NCBI GenBank assembly: GCA_963847705.1 | Contig: CAWKBC010000032.1 | Span: 1-64,000 of the forward strand | DNA from: an uncultured Pseudomonadota bacterium | Lineage (GTDB): Bacteria > Myxococcota_A > Polyangia > Fen-1088 | Reading direction: 5' to 3' | Length of the DNA stretch: 64,000 nucleotides | In this document: piece by piece, positions 54,789-64,000 of the stretch | Numbering within the stretch: the first letter of the stretch is position 1 | How the letters are laid out: every line of letters starts with the position of its first letter | Translations under genes and position numbers: made by a program | The notes under the pieces: generated by a model | Told to the model about the DNA's origin: nothing | The model's database searches: none | The model's input: only the letters and a program-made list of their open reading frames with translations

Positions 54789-55936
54789 TCAGCTGGCGAA
54801 CCACCGGGCGGGGGATCCAGCCGGGCCTCCTGCGATCCCATCCGTCCCATCCGTCCCATTCGTCCCATCCGTCCCATCCGTCCAACGACCGGGAGGTCGG
54901 CGATGGACAGAGGCACGGTCCGATTGGTACCCCCGCGCACGAAACCGATGACGACCCGCGCCCCGACCTCCTGCTCGGCGATGAGCTCGACCAGATCGGC
55001 CGGTGTCGGCACCTCGTGGTCGTTGATCGAGGTGATGACGTCTCCCCGCCGCAGACCCGCGCGCCCCGCGGGAGCGTCGTGCCAGACCCGACTCACCAGG
55101 GCACCGCTGCCGGGGATCGCCCCCAGCGTGCGCCGCTCGCCCGCATCGAGGTCCCGCAGATCGCGCAGGCCGACGCCGATGTACGGGTGCAAGGCATGCC
55201 CCTCCTTGATGAGGGAGACGGCGACGCGCCGGACGCTGTTGATCGGGACCGCGTACCCGTAGCTGCCGCCCGGTCCGGCGCTGATCGCGGTGGTCAAGCC
55301 GATCACCTCGCCGTCGAGATCGACCAGGGGACCGCCCGAATCGCCGGGGTTCACGCTGGCGTCGGTCAGAAGATAGCGGCGCTGGGGGCTGGTGCGCGCC
55401 TCGTCGACCTGTTGTGACCGGCTGCTGATGATCCCGGCGGTGACCGTCTGGTCGAGCCCCAGCGGACTGCCCACGGCGAGCACCCATTCGCCGACCGTCG
55501 CCTCGTCGGAATCTCCGAAGCGGGCCGCAGAGAGATCGCCCGGCGGCTGCCGCATCCTCACCACCGCGACGTCGCTCCCGGCGTCCAGCCCGACCAGCTC
55601 TGCCGAAAGCGTGCGCCCATCGACGAGCACGACCGTGATCGCGTCCGCTTCGCCGCCGGGGGGCGGCGACCAGCCGTCGAAGACGTGGCTGCTGGTGACG
55701 ACGTTCCCCCGCGTGTCGAGGATGACACCGGAAGCGGTGGCGTCCTCGCGGTCCCCGCTCACCTCCAACCGGACCACCGACGGCCCGATGGCCTGGGCGA
55801 CCGCGGCGAACACGTGCGAGAGTTCACGCGCGGGGGCTGGCTCGGGGGTCGAAGATGTCACCCGGCCACGGGCAGGGCGGGCGGACGAGCCTTCCAGAAC
55901 CACGAGCGCGACGGCACACAACCACGATGCTTGCAT
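54789..55936 (-). CDS. HtrA-family serine protease with one PDZ domain; probable 3' frameshift near 54884
   Basis: TSSHV, DVAVV, NPGDSGGPL triad; PDZ. An alternative frame ends at 54789, abutting the convergent gene. Confidence 0.85.
54837..54881. repeat. 9-bp tandem repeat (cccatccgt x5, one variant unit)
   Basis: Directly visible at the 3' end of the HtrA gene. Confidence 0.9.
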
Positions 55937-56058
55937 CGGCGATCCCCGCCGTCAGGCAAAGCATCAGCCGTGCCCCGGGGCGGCGCCGAATCGACGCGCC
56001 CGAAGCGCTGGGCGCGCCCGGCGCTGTTACGGGCGCAGACCGCGCCCGACCGCGGCCG

Positions 56059-57624
56059 TCACTTGACGGTGACGAACCGGGTCCCGTTCGGCCCGCGCAC
56101 GCGCAGCAGATGCCCACCGCTCTTCGCAGTTCCATGAAGTGCGGCGACCGCCTCGTCCGCAGACCCGACCGGCCGCCGATCGATCTCGACGATCACGTCG
56201 CCCGGGCGCAGGCCCGCCTGCTCGGCCGGGCTGCCCGTGACGACGTCGGTGATCACCGCGCCCTTGGTGGCGCGATCGATCCCCAGGGAGGCCGCCACAT
56301 CGGGCGTCAGCGTCTGCACCGCCAGACCGATCTTCCCCTGCCCTTGCACGTCGGCGGTCTGCCGCTGGTCCTCGTCCGGGAGCTCCCCCAGCGCAACCTG
56401 CGTCTGCGTGGGGCGACCGTCGCGCACGTAGTGCAGGAGCACCCGGGTCCCGATCGGCTGGCTCGACACATAGTCGACCACGTCACCGGCTCCGACGATC
56501 TTCTGGCCGTTGACCTCGGTGATGACATCGCCCGGACGCATCCCGGCCTTGCCGGCCGGCCCCCCCGGTGTGGTCTCGGCGACGAAGGCGCCCGCCGGTG
56601 GGACCGCCTTGCCGAGCTTGGCCTTCTGGGCGTCGTCGAGATCCTTGACGTCGGTGAGCATGAGCCCGAGGTAGGCGTAGCGGACACGCCCGTCCTTGAC
56701 CAACGCCTGTGCCACCCGGCGGACCTCGTTGACCGGAATGGCGAAGCCGTAGGCGCCGCCCGCGCCGACCTGGATGAGCGTGTTGACGCCGACCACCTCC
56801 CCCTCGAGGTTCACCAGCGGCCCGCCCGAGTTGCCGGGGTTGATCTTGGCGTCGGTCTGGATGTACCCGCGCACGCGCCGGCCGGACATCTGCACGTGCC
56901 GCCCGGGGCGGCCCTTGCCGCTCACGATCCCGGCGGTCACGGTCTGCTCGAGCCCGAGCGGGCTGCCGACAGCGACCACCCACTCGCCCACATCCAGCTT
57001 GTCGGAGTCACCGAGGCGCGCCACCACCAGGTTCGAGGGCGGGTGATCGAGCTGCACCACCGCCACGTCCGTCTGCGCGTCCTTGCCGACCACGTGGGCG
57101 CTGTACTCCTTGTCGTCGTTCATGGTGACGGTCACCTTGGTCGCGCCCTGCACGACGTGCCGGTTGGTCACCACGTCGCCGTTCGTGTCGATGATGAAGC
57201 CGGAACCGACGCCGTGCGCGGGGCCGGGCGCCGGCATCCCGCCGCCTCCACCGCCGGGGCCAAACTGAAAGAAGTGGCGGAAGAACGGAGGGACCTGGTT
57301 GTCGTTTCCGTTGCCGCCGCCGTCGTCATCGTCTCCGTCGTCGTTCGGCATCTGCGGCGCGCGGCCGTGCGGCCCCATCCCGCGCCCGCCGCCGATCTCG
57401 ACCTCGATCCGGACCACGGACGGGCCGAGCGCCTTCGCCACGTTGGAGAAGGCGTGCGACAGGGCGCGCGCCTCGTTGGGCGCCTCCGTCTTCGGCGTGA
57501 CCGCCGGGCCCGCCGCCTGGACGGTGGCCGGGGCGAAGACCGAGGTCGGCGTGCGAGCACCGAGGCCGACCGCGGCGCCGAGCACCGCCAGGCAAAAGAC
57601 GAGGCGCAGACGAGTCCGGTTCAT
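56059..57624 (-). CDS. DegP/DegQ-family serine endoprotease with two PDZ domains
   Basis: Signal peptide; GSGFII, TNRHV, TDVAVV, QTDAKINPGNSGGPL; two PDZ domains. Confidence 0.93.
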   Translation of the reverse strand: MNRTRLRLVFCLAVLGAAVGLGARTPTSVFAPATVQAAGPAVTPKTEAPNEARALSHAFSNVAKALGPSVVRIEVEIGGGRGMGPHGRAPQMPNDDGDDDDGGGNGNDNQVPPFFRHFFQFGPGGGGGGMPAPGPAHGVGSGFIIDTNGDVVTNRHVVQGATKVTVTMNDDKEYSAHVVGKDAQTDVAVVQLDHPPSNLVVARLGDSDKLDVGEWVVAVGSPLGLEQTVTAGIVSGKGRPGRHVQMSGRRVRGYIQTDAKINPGNSGGPLVNLEGEVVGVNTLIQVGAGGAYGFAIPVNEVRRVAQALVKDGRVRYAYLGLMLTDVKDLDDAQKAKLGKAVPPAGAFVAETTPGGPAGKAGMRPGDVITEVNGQKIVGAGDVVDYVSSQPIGTRVLLHYVRDGRPTQTQVALGELPDEDQRQTADVQGQGKIGLAVQTLTPDVAASLGIDRATKGAVITDVVTGSPAEQAGLRPGDVIVEIDRRPVGSADEAVAALHGTAKSGGHLLRVRGPNGTRFVTVK

Positions 57625-57755
57625 AGCGTTCCTTTGTATCGAGTTGGATGAGCTGTCAAGCCGAGTGGGATGCCCGCCCGGAGGCGCATTCTTGCGAATC
57701 TTCGTAACCCCCTGGATAACCGGTCCTCCACAGTGAAACATTCCTGTCTCGCCCC

Positions 57756-58451
57756 ATGAAGTGGCTCCTCCGTCTGCGCGAAGCGCCTGTCACCAGCGCG
57801 CTCATCGCCGCCAATCTGGCGGTCTACATCATCATGTTCGTGGTATCGGGGTGGCGCTGGTCGTTCGACGGCACCACGCTGATCGCGGCCGGCGCGTCGG
57901 TCTCCGGGGGCGGCGCCGAGGTGTCGCACTGGCGGTGGCTCACCGCGGCGTTCATCCACGCCAACCTCTTGCACATCGTGATGAACCTCTGGGTGCTGGG
58001 CCAGATCGGCGTGCTGTCCGAACGGGCGCTCGGCCGGGGTCTCTACGCCGCCACGTACGTGGTCACCGGCGTGCTCGGCAATGTCCTGTCGACCGTGATG
58101 GCGGCCGGGCGCCCACAGATGACCGTCGCGGTGGGGGCCTCGGGCGCCATCATGGGGCTCATCGGGATGGCGGCCACGTTCGCCTGGCGCAGCGGCCAGC
58201 GCGCCGCCGCCAAGGCGCTCGCCTTCAATATCCTGTTCGTGCTCGGGGTCGGGCTGTCGCTCTCGGCGCGGGGGATCAGCCTGGTCGACAACGCGGCCCA
58301 CATCGGCGGCCTCTGCGCCGGGGCGGCGATCGGCCTGGTCCGGGTGTCGGTGCGGCGCCCCACGCCGCGCTGGCTCGACACCACGGCGATCGTGCTGTCG
58401 TTCGCGCTCTCGGCGGTCGCCTTCGCCGTCGTTCTGCTGCAAGGCGGGTGA
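57756..58451 (+). CDS. Rhomboid-family intramembrane serine protease
   Basis: WRWLTAAFIH..LLHI..N, GASG, AHIGG. Confidence 0.92.
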   Translation: MKWLLRLREAPVTSALIAANLAVYIIMFVVSGWRWSFDGTTLIAAGASVSGGGAEVSHWRWLTAAFIHANLLHIVMNLWVLGQIGVLSERALGRGLYAATYVVTGVLGNVLSTVMAAGRPQMTVAVGASGAIMGLIGMAATFAWRSGQRAAAKALAFNILFVLGVGLSLSARGISLVDNAAHIGGLCAGAAIGLVRVSVRRPTPRWLDTTAIVLSFALSAVAFAVVLLQGG

Positions 58452-58591
58452 GGGTGGCGGCGGGCGGGACGCCTGGGGCTCAGCTGGCCCTGCTCGCGTA
58501 AAAAGCGAGGGTCGGCTGTCGATCCGGCGCCCCCTCGATCGACTCACTGCCGGGACGTTGATCTTTCAACCACGCAGACAGGAGAGAGGCC

Positions 58592-58966
58592 ATGCAGTAC
58601 ATGCTGTTGATCTACACAAACGAAGCCGCCATGAAGTCCGCGACCGACGCCGATCGCGACGCGATGTTCCGGGCCTACCACGAGTACACCCAGGGCATCA
58701 TCAAGAGCGGAAACATGAAGGCGGGCGACGCGCTTCAGCCGACCACCACCGCGACCACGGTGCGCGTGCGCGACGGCAAGACGCTGACCACCGACGGTCC
58801 GTTCGCCGAGACGCGCGAGCAGCTCGGCGGCTATTACCTGGTCGAGGCCAAGGATCTCGACGAGGCGACCAAGCTGGCGGCCCGCATCCCGGGCGCGCAG
58901 GTGGGCGGCATCGAGGTGCGGCCGGTGATGCAACTGCCGCCCGACTATCCCCGTCCGAGCCGCTAG
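58592..58966 (+). CDS. YciI/DGPF-family protein
   Basis: TDGPFAETREQLGGYY, IEVRP. Confidence 0.92.
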   Translation: MQYMLLIYTNEAAMKSATDADRDAMFRAYHEYTQGIIKSGNMKAGDALQPTTTATTVRVRDGKTLTTDGPFAETREQLGGYYLVEAKDLDEATKLAARIPGAQVGGIEVRPVMQLPPDYPRPSR

Positions 58967-59013
58967 CAGCGGGTCGGCAGCCGTGCACGCGCAGGTGAGG
59001 CGCGTGCACGGCT

Positions 59014-60300
59014 ATGATCGGGGGCGCCATGCAGGTCGAAGTCGAGGTCGTCGAGCGCGTCTTCCGGGAGCAGCGGCGGCGCATCCTGGCGACGCTGATC
59101 CGCATCCTCGGCGACATCGATCTGGCCGAGGATGCGCTGGCGGCCGCCTTCGAGGCGGCGCTCGGGCAATGGCCCGCCGAAGGCGGCGTTCCCGACAACC
59201 CGCGCGCCTGGTTGATTCGCACCGCGCGCAACAAGGCCATCGACCAGCGACGCCAGGCCACGCTTCACCAGGCCAAGCACGCCGAGCTCGCCGCGGAGAG
59301 CGACACCACCACCGCGCCCGGCGTCTTCCTGGGGGACGAGCGGACCGTCGAGGACGATCAGCTGCGCCTCATCTTCACCTGCTGTCACCCGGCGCTGGCG
59401 ATCGAGGCCCAGGTGGCGTTGACGCTGCGCACGCTCGGCGGCCTCGAGACCGAGGAGATCGCCCGCGCGTTCCTGGTGCCTCCGGCGACCATGGCGCAGC
59501 GGCTGGTGCGCGCCAAGGGCAAGATCCGCGACGCGGGCATCCCCTACCGCGTGCCCGATCCGGAGGAGCTGCCCGAACGTCTCGAGGCCGTGCTCGCCGT
59601 GGTCTACCTGATCTTCAACGAAGGCTACGCCGCCAGCTCGGGCGCGGCGCTGGTGCGCGCCGACCTGTGCGCGGAGGCACTCCGGCTCGGGCGCCTGCTG
59701 ATCGCGCTGATGCCGGCGCGTCCCGAGGCGGGCGCGCTGCTGGCGCTGATGCTCCTCACCGACGCGCGGCGCGACGCGCGCGTGGACGCCAGCGGCGAGG
59801 TCATGCTGCTCGAGGAGCAGGATCGGTCGCGCTGGCACGCCGGGGCGATCGAGGAGGGACTGGCCCTGGTCGAAGAGGCGCTGCGCGCCGATCCCTTCGG
59901 GGCTTACACGCTGCAGGCGGCGATCGCCGGCGTCCATGCGCGCGCCGCGCGTGCCGCCGACACCGACTGGCCCGAGATCGCCGCCCTCTATGCGCTGCTG
60001 GCCGCGCGCCATCCCTCGCCGGTCGTCGCGCTGAACCACGCCGCCGCCATCGCGATGGCCGAGGGGCCCGAAGAAGGGTTGCGCCGGCTCGACGCCCTCG
60101 CCGCCGGTGGAACCCTGGCGGGCTATCACCTGCTGCCGGCGGCGCGCGCCGAGCTGCTGCGCCGCCTCGGTCGCGTCGACGAGGCCGCCGCCGCCTACCG
60201 GGCAGCGCTGGCGCTGGTCGGCAACGACGCCGAAGGGCGATTCCTGCGCCGCCGTCTCAGCGAGCTCGGCGGCAGCGGCGCGCGCGCCGGCGGCCGCTGA
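59014..60300 (+). CDS. ECF sigma factor with a DUF6596/TPR C-terminal extension (ECF42-type)
   Basis: AEDAL, WL...[28 protein letters not shown]; adjacent DGPF gene. Confidence 0.9.
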   Translation: MIGGAMQVEVEVVERVFREQRRRILATLIRILGDIDLAEDALAAAFEAALGQWPAEGGVPDNPRAWLIRTARNKAIDQRRQATLHQAKHAELAAESDTTTAPGVFLGDERTVEDDQLRLIFTCCHPALAIEAQVALTLRTLGGLETEEIARAFLVPPATMAQRLVRAKGKIRDAGIPYRVPDPEELPERLEAVLAVVYLIFNEGYAASSGAALVRADLCAEALRLGRLLIALMPARPEAGALLALMLLTDARRDARVDASGEVMLLEEQDRSRWHAGAIEEGLALVEEALRADPFGAYTLQAAIAGVHARAARAADTDWPEIAALYALLAARHPSPVVALNHAAAIAMAEGPEEGLRRLDALAAGGTLAGYHLLPAARAELLRRLGRVDEAAAAYRAALALVGNDAEGRFLRRRLSELGGSGARAGGR

Positions 60301-60390
60301 GGGCCCGGTCGATCCGGCGGCCCGGCCTGCTCGAGGTTGCGCGGAATGCCCGGTCGACGACCGCCTGCGCTGCATTACATTGGACGGACC

Positions 60391-61770
60391 ATGCGGATCG
60401 AGAGCGTCAATCCCGCCACCGGCGAGCGGCTGCGGGCATTCGAGGTGGAGGGCGCCCCTGCGGTCGAGGCCAAGCTGGGGCGCGCGGCGACGGCGTTCAG
60501 GGCCTGGAGCCGGCGGCCCCTCGGCGAGCGGGCCGCGATCGTGGCGCGCGCGGGCAACCTTCTCGAGAGCGAGCGGCAGACCTTCGGCCGGCTGATGACC
60601 CTGGAGATGGGGAAGCTGGTCGGGGCCGCGGCGGACGAGGCGGCCAAGTGCGCCACGGCCTGCCGCTACTACGCCGAGCGCGGCGAGGAGTTCATGCGCC
60701 CCGAGCTCGTCGCCGCAGCGGCCGGCGATCGGGACGCGATCTGTTTCGAGCCGCTGGGGGTGGTGCTGGCGGTGATGCCCTGGAATTTCCCCTTCTGGCA
60801 GGTGATCCGCTTCGCGGCACCGGCGCTGGTGGCAGGCAACGTGGGCCTGCTCAAGCACGCCTCGAACGTCCCGCAGTGCGCGCTGGCGCTGGAAGATCTG
60901 TTTCGCCGCGCCGGCGCCCCGGAGGGCGTCTTTCAGACGCTGCTCATCGGCTCGGAGCCGGTGGCCGGCCTCATCGCCGACGATCGCGTCGCCGCGGTGA
61001 CGGTCACCGGCAGCGAGGCGGCCGGCCGCGCCATCGGTGCCGCGGCCGGCGCGCATCTGAAGAAGAGCGTCCTCGAGCTGGGCGGCAGCGATCCCTTCCT
61101 GGTGCTGGCGAGCGCGGATCTCGACCGCGCGGTCGCCACGGCGGTGAAGGCGCGCATGGTCAACACCGGCCAGTCCTGCATCGCCGCCAAGCGCTTCATC
61201 GTCGCCGACGCGATCTACGATCGTTTCGCGACGGCGTTCACGGCAGCCATGGCCGCGCTGGTGGTGGGTGACCCATCCGATCCAAAAACGCAGGTCGGCC
61301 CGCTGGCGACCGCCGCCATCCGCGACGGGGTGGCCGAGCAGGTCACGCGCTCGGTCGCCGCCGGGGCGCGCGTGCTGACCGGCGGACGCGCGCAGGAGGG
61401 CCCCGGCTATTACTACCCGCCGACGGTGCTCGCCGATGTGCCGCCGACGGCCCCCGCGGCGCGCGACGAGGTCTTCGGTCCGGTGGCCGCCCTCTTCCGG
61501 GTCGCTGGCCTCGAGGAGGCGATCGCGCTGGCCAACGCCACGCCGTTTGGCCTGGGCGCGGCAGCCTTCACCCGCGATCGCCAGGAAGCCGACCGGCTGG
61601 CCCGGGAGCTCGAGGCCGGCAGCGTCTTCATCAACGGGATGGTCGCCTCCGACACCCAGTTCCCCTTCGGCGGCGTGAAGAGGTCTGGATATGGCCGCGA
61701 GCTCTCGCGCTACGGCCTGCGCGAGTTCGTGAACGTGAAGACGGTCCGGATGACAGGGCTCGCGGGATGA
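60391..61770 (+). CDS. NAD(P)-dependent succinate-semialdehyde dehydrogenase-like aldehyde dehydrogenase
   Basis: [48 protein letters not shown]. Confidence 0.92.
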   Translation: MRIESVNPATGERLRAFEVEGAPAVEAKLGRAATAFRAWSRRPLGERAAIVARAGNLLESERQTFGRLMTLEMGKLVGAAADEAAKCATACRYYAERGEEFMRPELVAAAAGDRDAICFEPLGVVLAVMPWNFPFWQVIRFAAPALVAGNVGLLKHASNVPQCALALEDLFRRAGAPEGVFQTLLIGSEPVAGLIADDRVAAVTVTGSEAAGRAIGAAAGAHLKKSVLELGGSDPFLVLASADLDRAVATAVKARMVNTGQSCIAAKRFIVADAIYDRFATAFTAAMAALVVGDPSDPKTQVGPLATAAIRDGVAEQVTRSVAAGARVLTGGRAQEGPGYYYPPTVLADVPPTAPAARDEVFGPVAALFRVAGLEEAIALANATPFGLGAAAFTRDRQEADRLARELEAGSVFINGMVASDTQFPFGGVKRSGYGRELSRYGLREFVNVKTVRMTGLAG

Positions 61771-61777
61771 AGGCTGG

Positions 61778-63055
61778 CTAGCTGGGATGCTGCTCTTCCA
61801 GCCGATCAAGGCGGGCCAGCGCCGGCACGCGCCAGGCGGTGACCAGGGTGACCGCCACGGTGATGAGGCCGCCCACCACCACGGAGCAGACGGTGCCGAG
61901 CAGCTTGGCCGCCACGCCCGACTCGAAGGCGCCAATCTCGTTCGATGACCCGACGAAGATCTGGTTGACCGCCGAGACGCGGCCCAGCATTCCAGACGGC
62001 ACCATCACCTGCATGAGCGTGCTGCGAAAGTAGACGCTCAGCATGTCGGCGGCCCCGCTGGCCGCGAGCAGCAGGAGTGACAGCCAGATCGACCGCGACA
62101 GCGCGAACGCGATCATGAAGACGCCGAACAGCGCGACGGCCGAGAGAAACAGCCGCCCCGCCCGCCGGGGTGGCGGGCGCAACGCCAGCAGGCTGGACAT
62201 CAACACCGCGCCCACGGCCGGCGCCGCGCGCAGAGCGCCCAGGCCCTGCGGCCCGACGTGAAGGATCTCCTGGGCGAAGATCGGCAGGAGGGCCACCGCG
62301 CCGCCGAACAGCACGGCCAGCAGATCGAGCGTCATGGCCCCGAGAAAGATGGGACGGGAGAAGAGGAACGTCAGCCCGGCCCGCACGCTGGCCACCAGCG
62401 GCTCGGCCCGCGCTGCCCGCTGGCGCGCGGGGGCCTCGATGCGCCCCACGGTGACCAGAGAGACGGCCATCAGCCCCGCGGCGATGGCGTACGACGAGGT
62501 CGCGCCGACCCAGGCATAGAGGATGCCCCCCATCGCCGGACCGGTGACGGCGGCGACCTGCCAGATGCCGGTGCGCCAGGCGACCGCGCTCGGGAACAGC
62601 GGGCGGGGGACCAGGTCGGCGCCGAGCGCGTTGCGCGCCGGCAGCAGAAAGCTGCGCGCGCCGCCGCAGACGACGATCACCGCGTAGATCGTCCAGCGGA
62701 TCCAGCGGCCCGTCTGCCCGCGCATCAAGAAGAGCAGGCTCGTCACCGCCAGCGTGGCCGCGCAGAGAAACAGGATCACCAGGGCCAAAAGCGCGATCCG
62801 CTTGCGATCGCGGAGGTCCGCCACGTGCCCGGCGTAGAGGGCGAAGGCGATGAAGGGCGCGGCCTCGGCGAGGCCGACCATCCCCAAGGCCAGCGGATCG
62901 TGCGTGATGGCGTACATTTGCCAGGCGACCACCACACCCTGGATCTGGGCGCCCATCGCCATGGCCAAAATGCTGGCGACGAACCAGCGGAAATTCACCA
63001 GTCGGAGCGGGGCATAAGGATCGTGCGGAAGGGGAAGAGCAGGCGCTTGAGACAT
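61778..63055 (-). CDS. MFS transporter (EntS/MFS_3-like)
   Basis: About 12 hydrophobic segments; GHVADLRDRK; LDLLAVLFGG; SNEIGAFESG. Confidence 0.9.
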   Translation of the reverse strand: MSQAPALPLPHDPYAPLRLVNFRWFVASILAMAMGAQIQGVVVAWQMYAITHDPLALGMVGLAEAAPFIAFALYAGHVADLRDRKRIALLALVILFLCAATLAVTSLLFLMRGQTGRWIRWTIYAVIVVCGGARSFLLPARNALGADLVPRPLFPSAVAWRTGIWQVAAVTGPAMGGILYAWVGATSSYAIAAGLMAVSLVTVGRIEAPARQRAARAEPLVASVRAGLTFLFSRPIFLGAMTLDLLAVLFGGAVALLPIFAQEILHVGPQGLGALRAAPAVGAVLMSSLLALRPPPRRAGRLFLSAVALFGVFMIAFALSRSIWLSLLLLAASGAADMLSVYFRSTLMQVMVPSGMLGRVSAVNQIFVGSSNEIGAFESGVAAKLLGTVCSVVVGGLITVAVTLVTAWRVPALARLDRLEEQHPS

Positions 63056-63108
63056 CCGTCCCTAGATTACGGTACAAAGGCGTTCGCTCCACCACACCCA
63101 AGGACCGC

Positions 63109-64000
63109 GTGACGACGCTCGGAAAAGACTTTCGCCTCCCCCCGGAGATCAAACCCCAGAGCTACGACGCCGAGCTGCGCATCGATATGGCGGCGGGACG
63201 GTTCGAGGGGGCTCTGGGGATCGCCCTGCAGATCTCCTCGGCAGGGAACGAGCTCACCCTGCACGCGGTCGGCCTCGACGTGACGTCGGCGACCGCGGAG
63301 CTGGCCGACGGGCGACGCCTCTCGGCCAGCGCAACGGCCGACGCGACCAGCGAGACGGTCACCCTCGCCTTCGGCGAGGCGTTGCCGGCCGGTGCCGCCA
63401 AGCTGCTGCTGGCCTACGAGGGGGCCTTCAGCCCCGGGCTGCGCGGCCTCTACCGGGCCGGCCCGCTGGCCGTCACCCAGTTCGAGGCCGCCGACGCGCG
63501 CCGCGTGTTTCCCTGCTTCGACGAGCCCGGCTTCAAGGCGATCTGGCGTGTCTCGGTGTCGGGCGTTCCGACCGACGCGGTCGCGCTCTCCAACGGCGTC
63601 GCCACCCACGACGAGAGCGACGGGCGCGGCGGCCGGCGGGTCACCTTCGCGCCGACGCCGCCGCTGTCGTCCTACCTCATCGCGCTCATCGTCGGCCCGA
63701 TCGTGCCGAGCGCCGTGGTCCGGGTGCGCGACATCCCGATCTGCACCTGGACCACGGCCGAGAAACGCCACCTGACCTCGTTCGGGCAGGAGACGGCCTC
63801 GGCGGTGCTGCCGCGGCTGGAGGACTACTTCGGGCTCCCCTACCCGTTCGGCAAGCTCGATCAGATCGGCATTCCCGACTTCGAGGCGGGCGCCATGGAG
63901 AACGCGGGCGCCGTCACCTTCCGCGAGGTGGCGCTGCTGGCCGATCCCGCCACCGCGCCGCTGGCGGTGCAGAAGCGGGTGGCGGAGGTGATCACCCATG
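63109..64000 (+). CDS. M1-family aminopeptidase, partial (runs off the window end)
   Basis: My translation from GTG 63109 gives FRLP, TQFEAADARRVFPCFDEP, GAMEN, and VITH(E) at the window edge. Confidence 0.92.
   Translation, partial: MTTLGKDFRLPPEIKPQSYDAELRIDMAAGRFEGALGIALQISSAGNELTLHAVGLDVTSATAELADGRRLSASATADATSETVTLAFGEALPAGAAKLLLAYEGAFSPGLRGLYRAGPLAVTQFEAADARRVFPCFDEPGFKAIWRVSVSGVPTDAVALSNGVATHDESDGRGGRRVTFAPTPPLSSYLIALIVGPIVPSAVVRVRDIPICTWTTAEKRHLTSFGQETASAVLPRLEDYFGLPYPFGKLDQIGIPDFEAGAMENAGAVTFREVALLADPATAPLAVQKRVAEVITH

Overview
High-GC bacterial chromosome segment, most likely Myxococcota/Polyangia-like. This is an inference from the Gly/Thr-spacer Cys-rich lipoproteins, the kinase-STAND-TPR protein, a VegA-like protein and the mlaE-mlaF-mlaD-yceD-rpmF-plsX-fab gene order. 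The window is mostly housekeeping: tig-clpP-clpX, phoH/HD-GYP/ybeY, mazG, purH-purD-purE-tsaC, S2P-scpA-scpB-rluB, hrpB, pepP, the fab cluster, mlaEFD, alr, two HtrA proteases, a rhomboid, YciI plus an ECF42-type sigma, an aldehyde dehydrogenase, an MFS transporter and an M1 peptidase. I found no rRNA, tRNA, CRISPR array or transposase. The most unusual items are: (1) a 549-aa protein made of eight tandem zf-trcl-like Cys4 zinc ribbons, divergent from tig; (2) a compositionally foreign, translationally coupled two-gene cassette inserted antisense between clpP and clpX, next to an internally deleted Dabb-family remnant; (3) an intact RluB-position gene with degenerate catalytic motifs; (4) a small basic VegA-like zinc-finger protein; (5) several 1-bp frameshifts in conserved genes, three of them the same GATCTGA->GATTCTGA change, which suggests systematic sequencing error, possibly methylation-linked. 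All family assignments come from motif recognition by eye; no database search was run.
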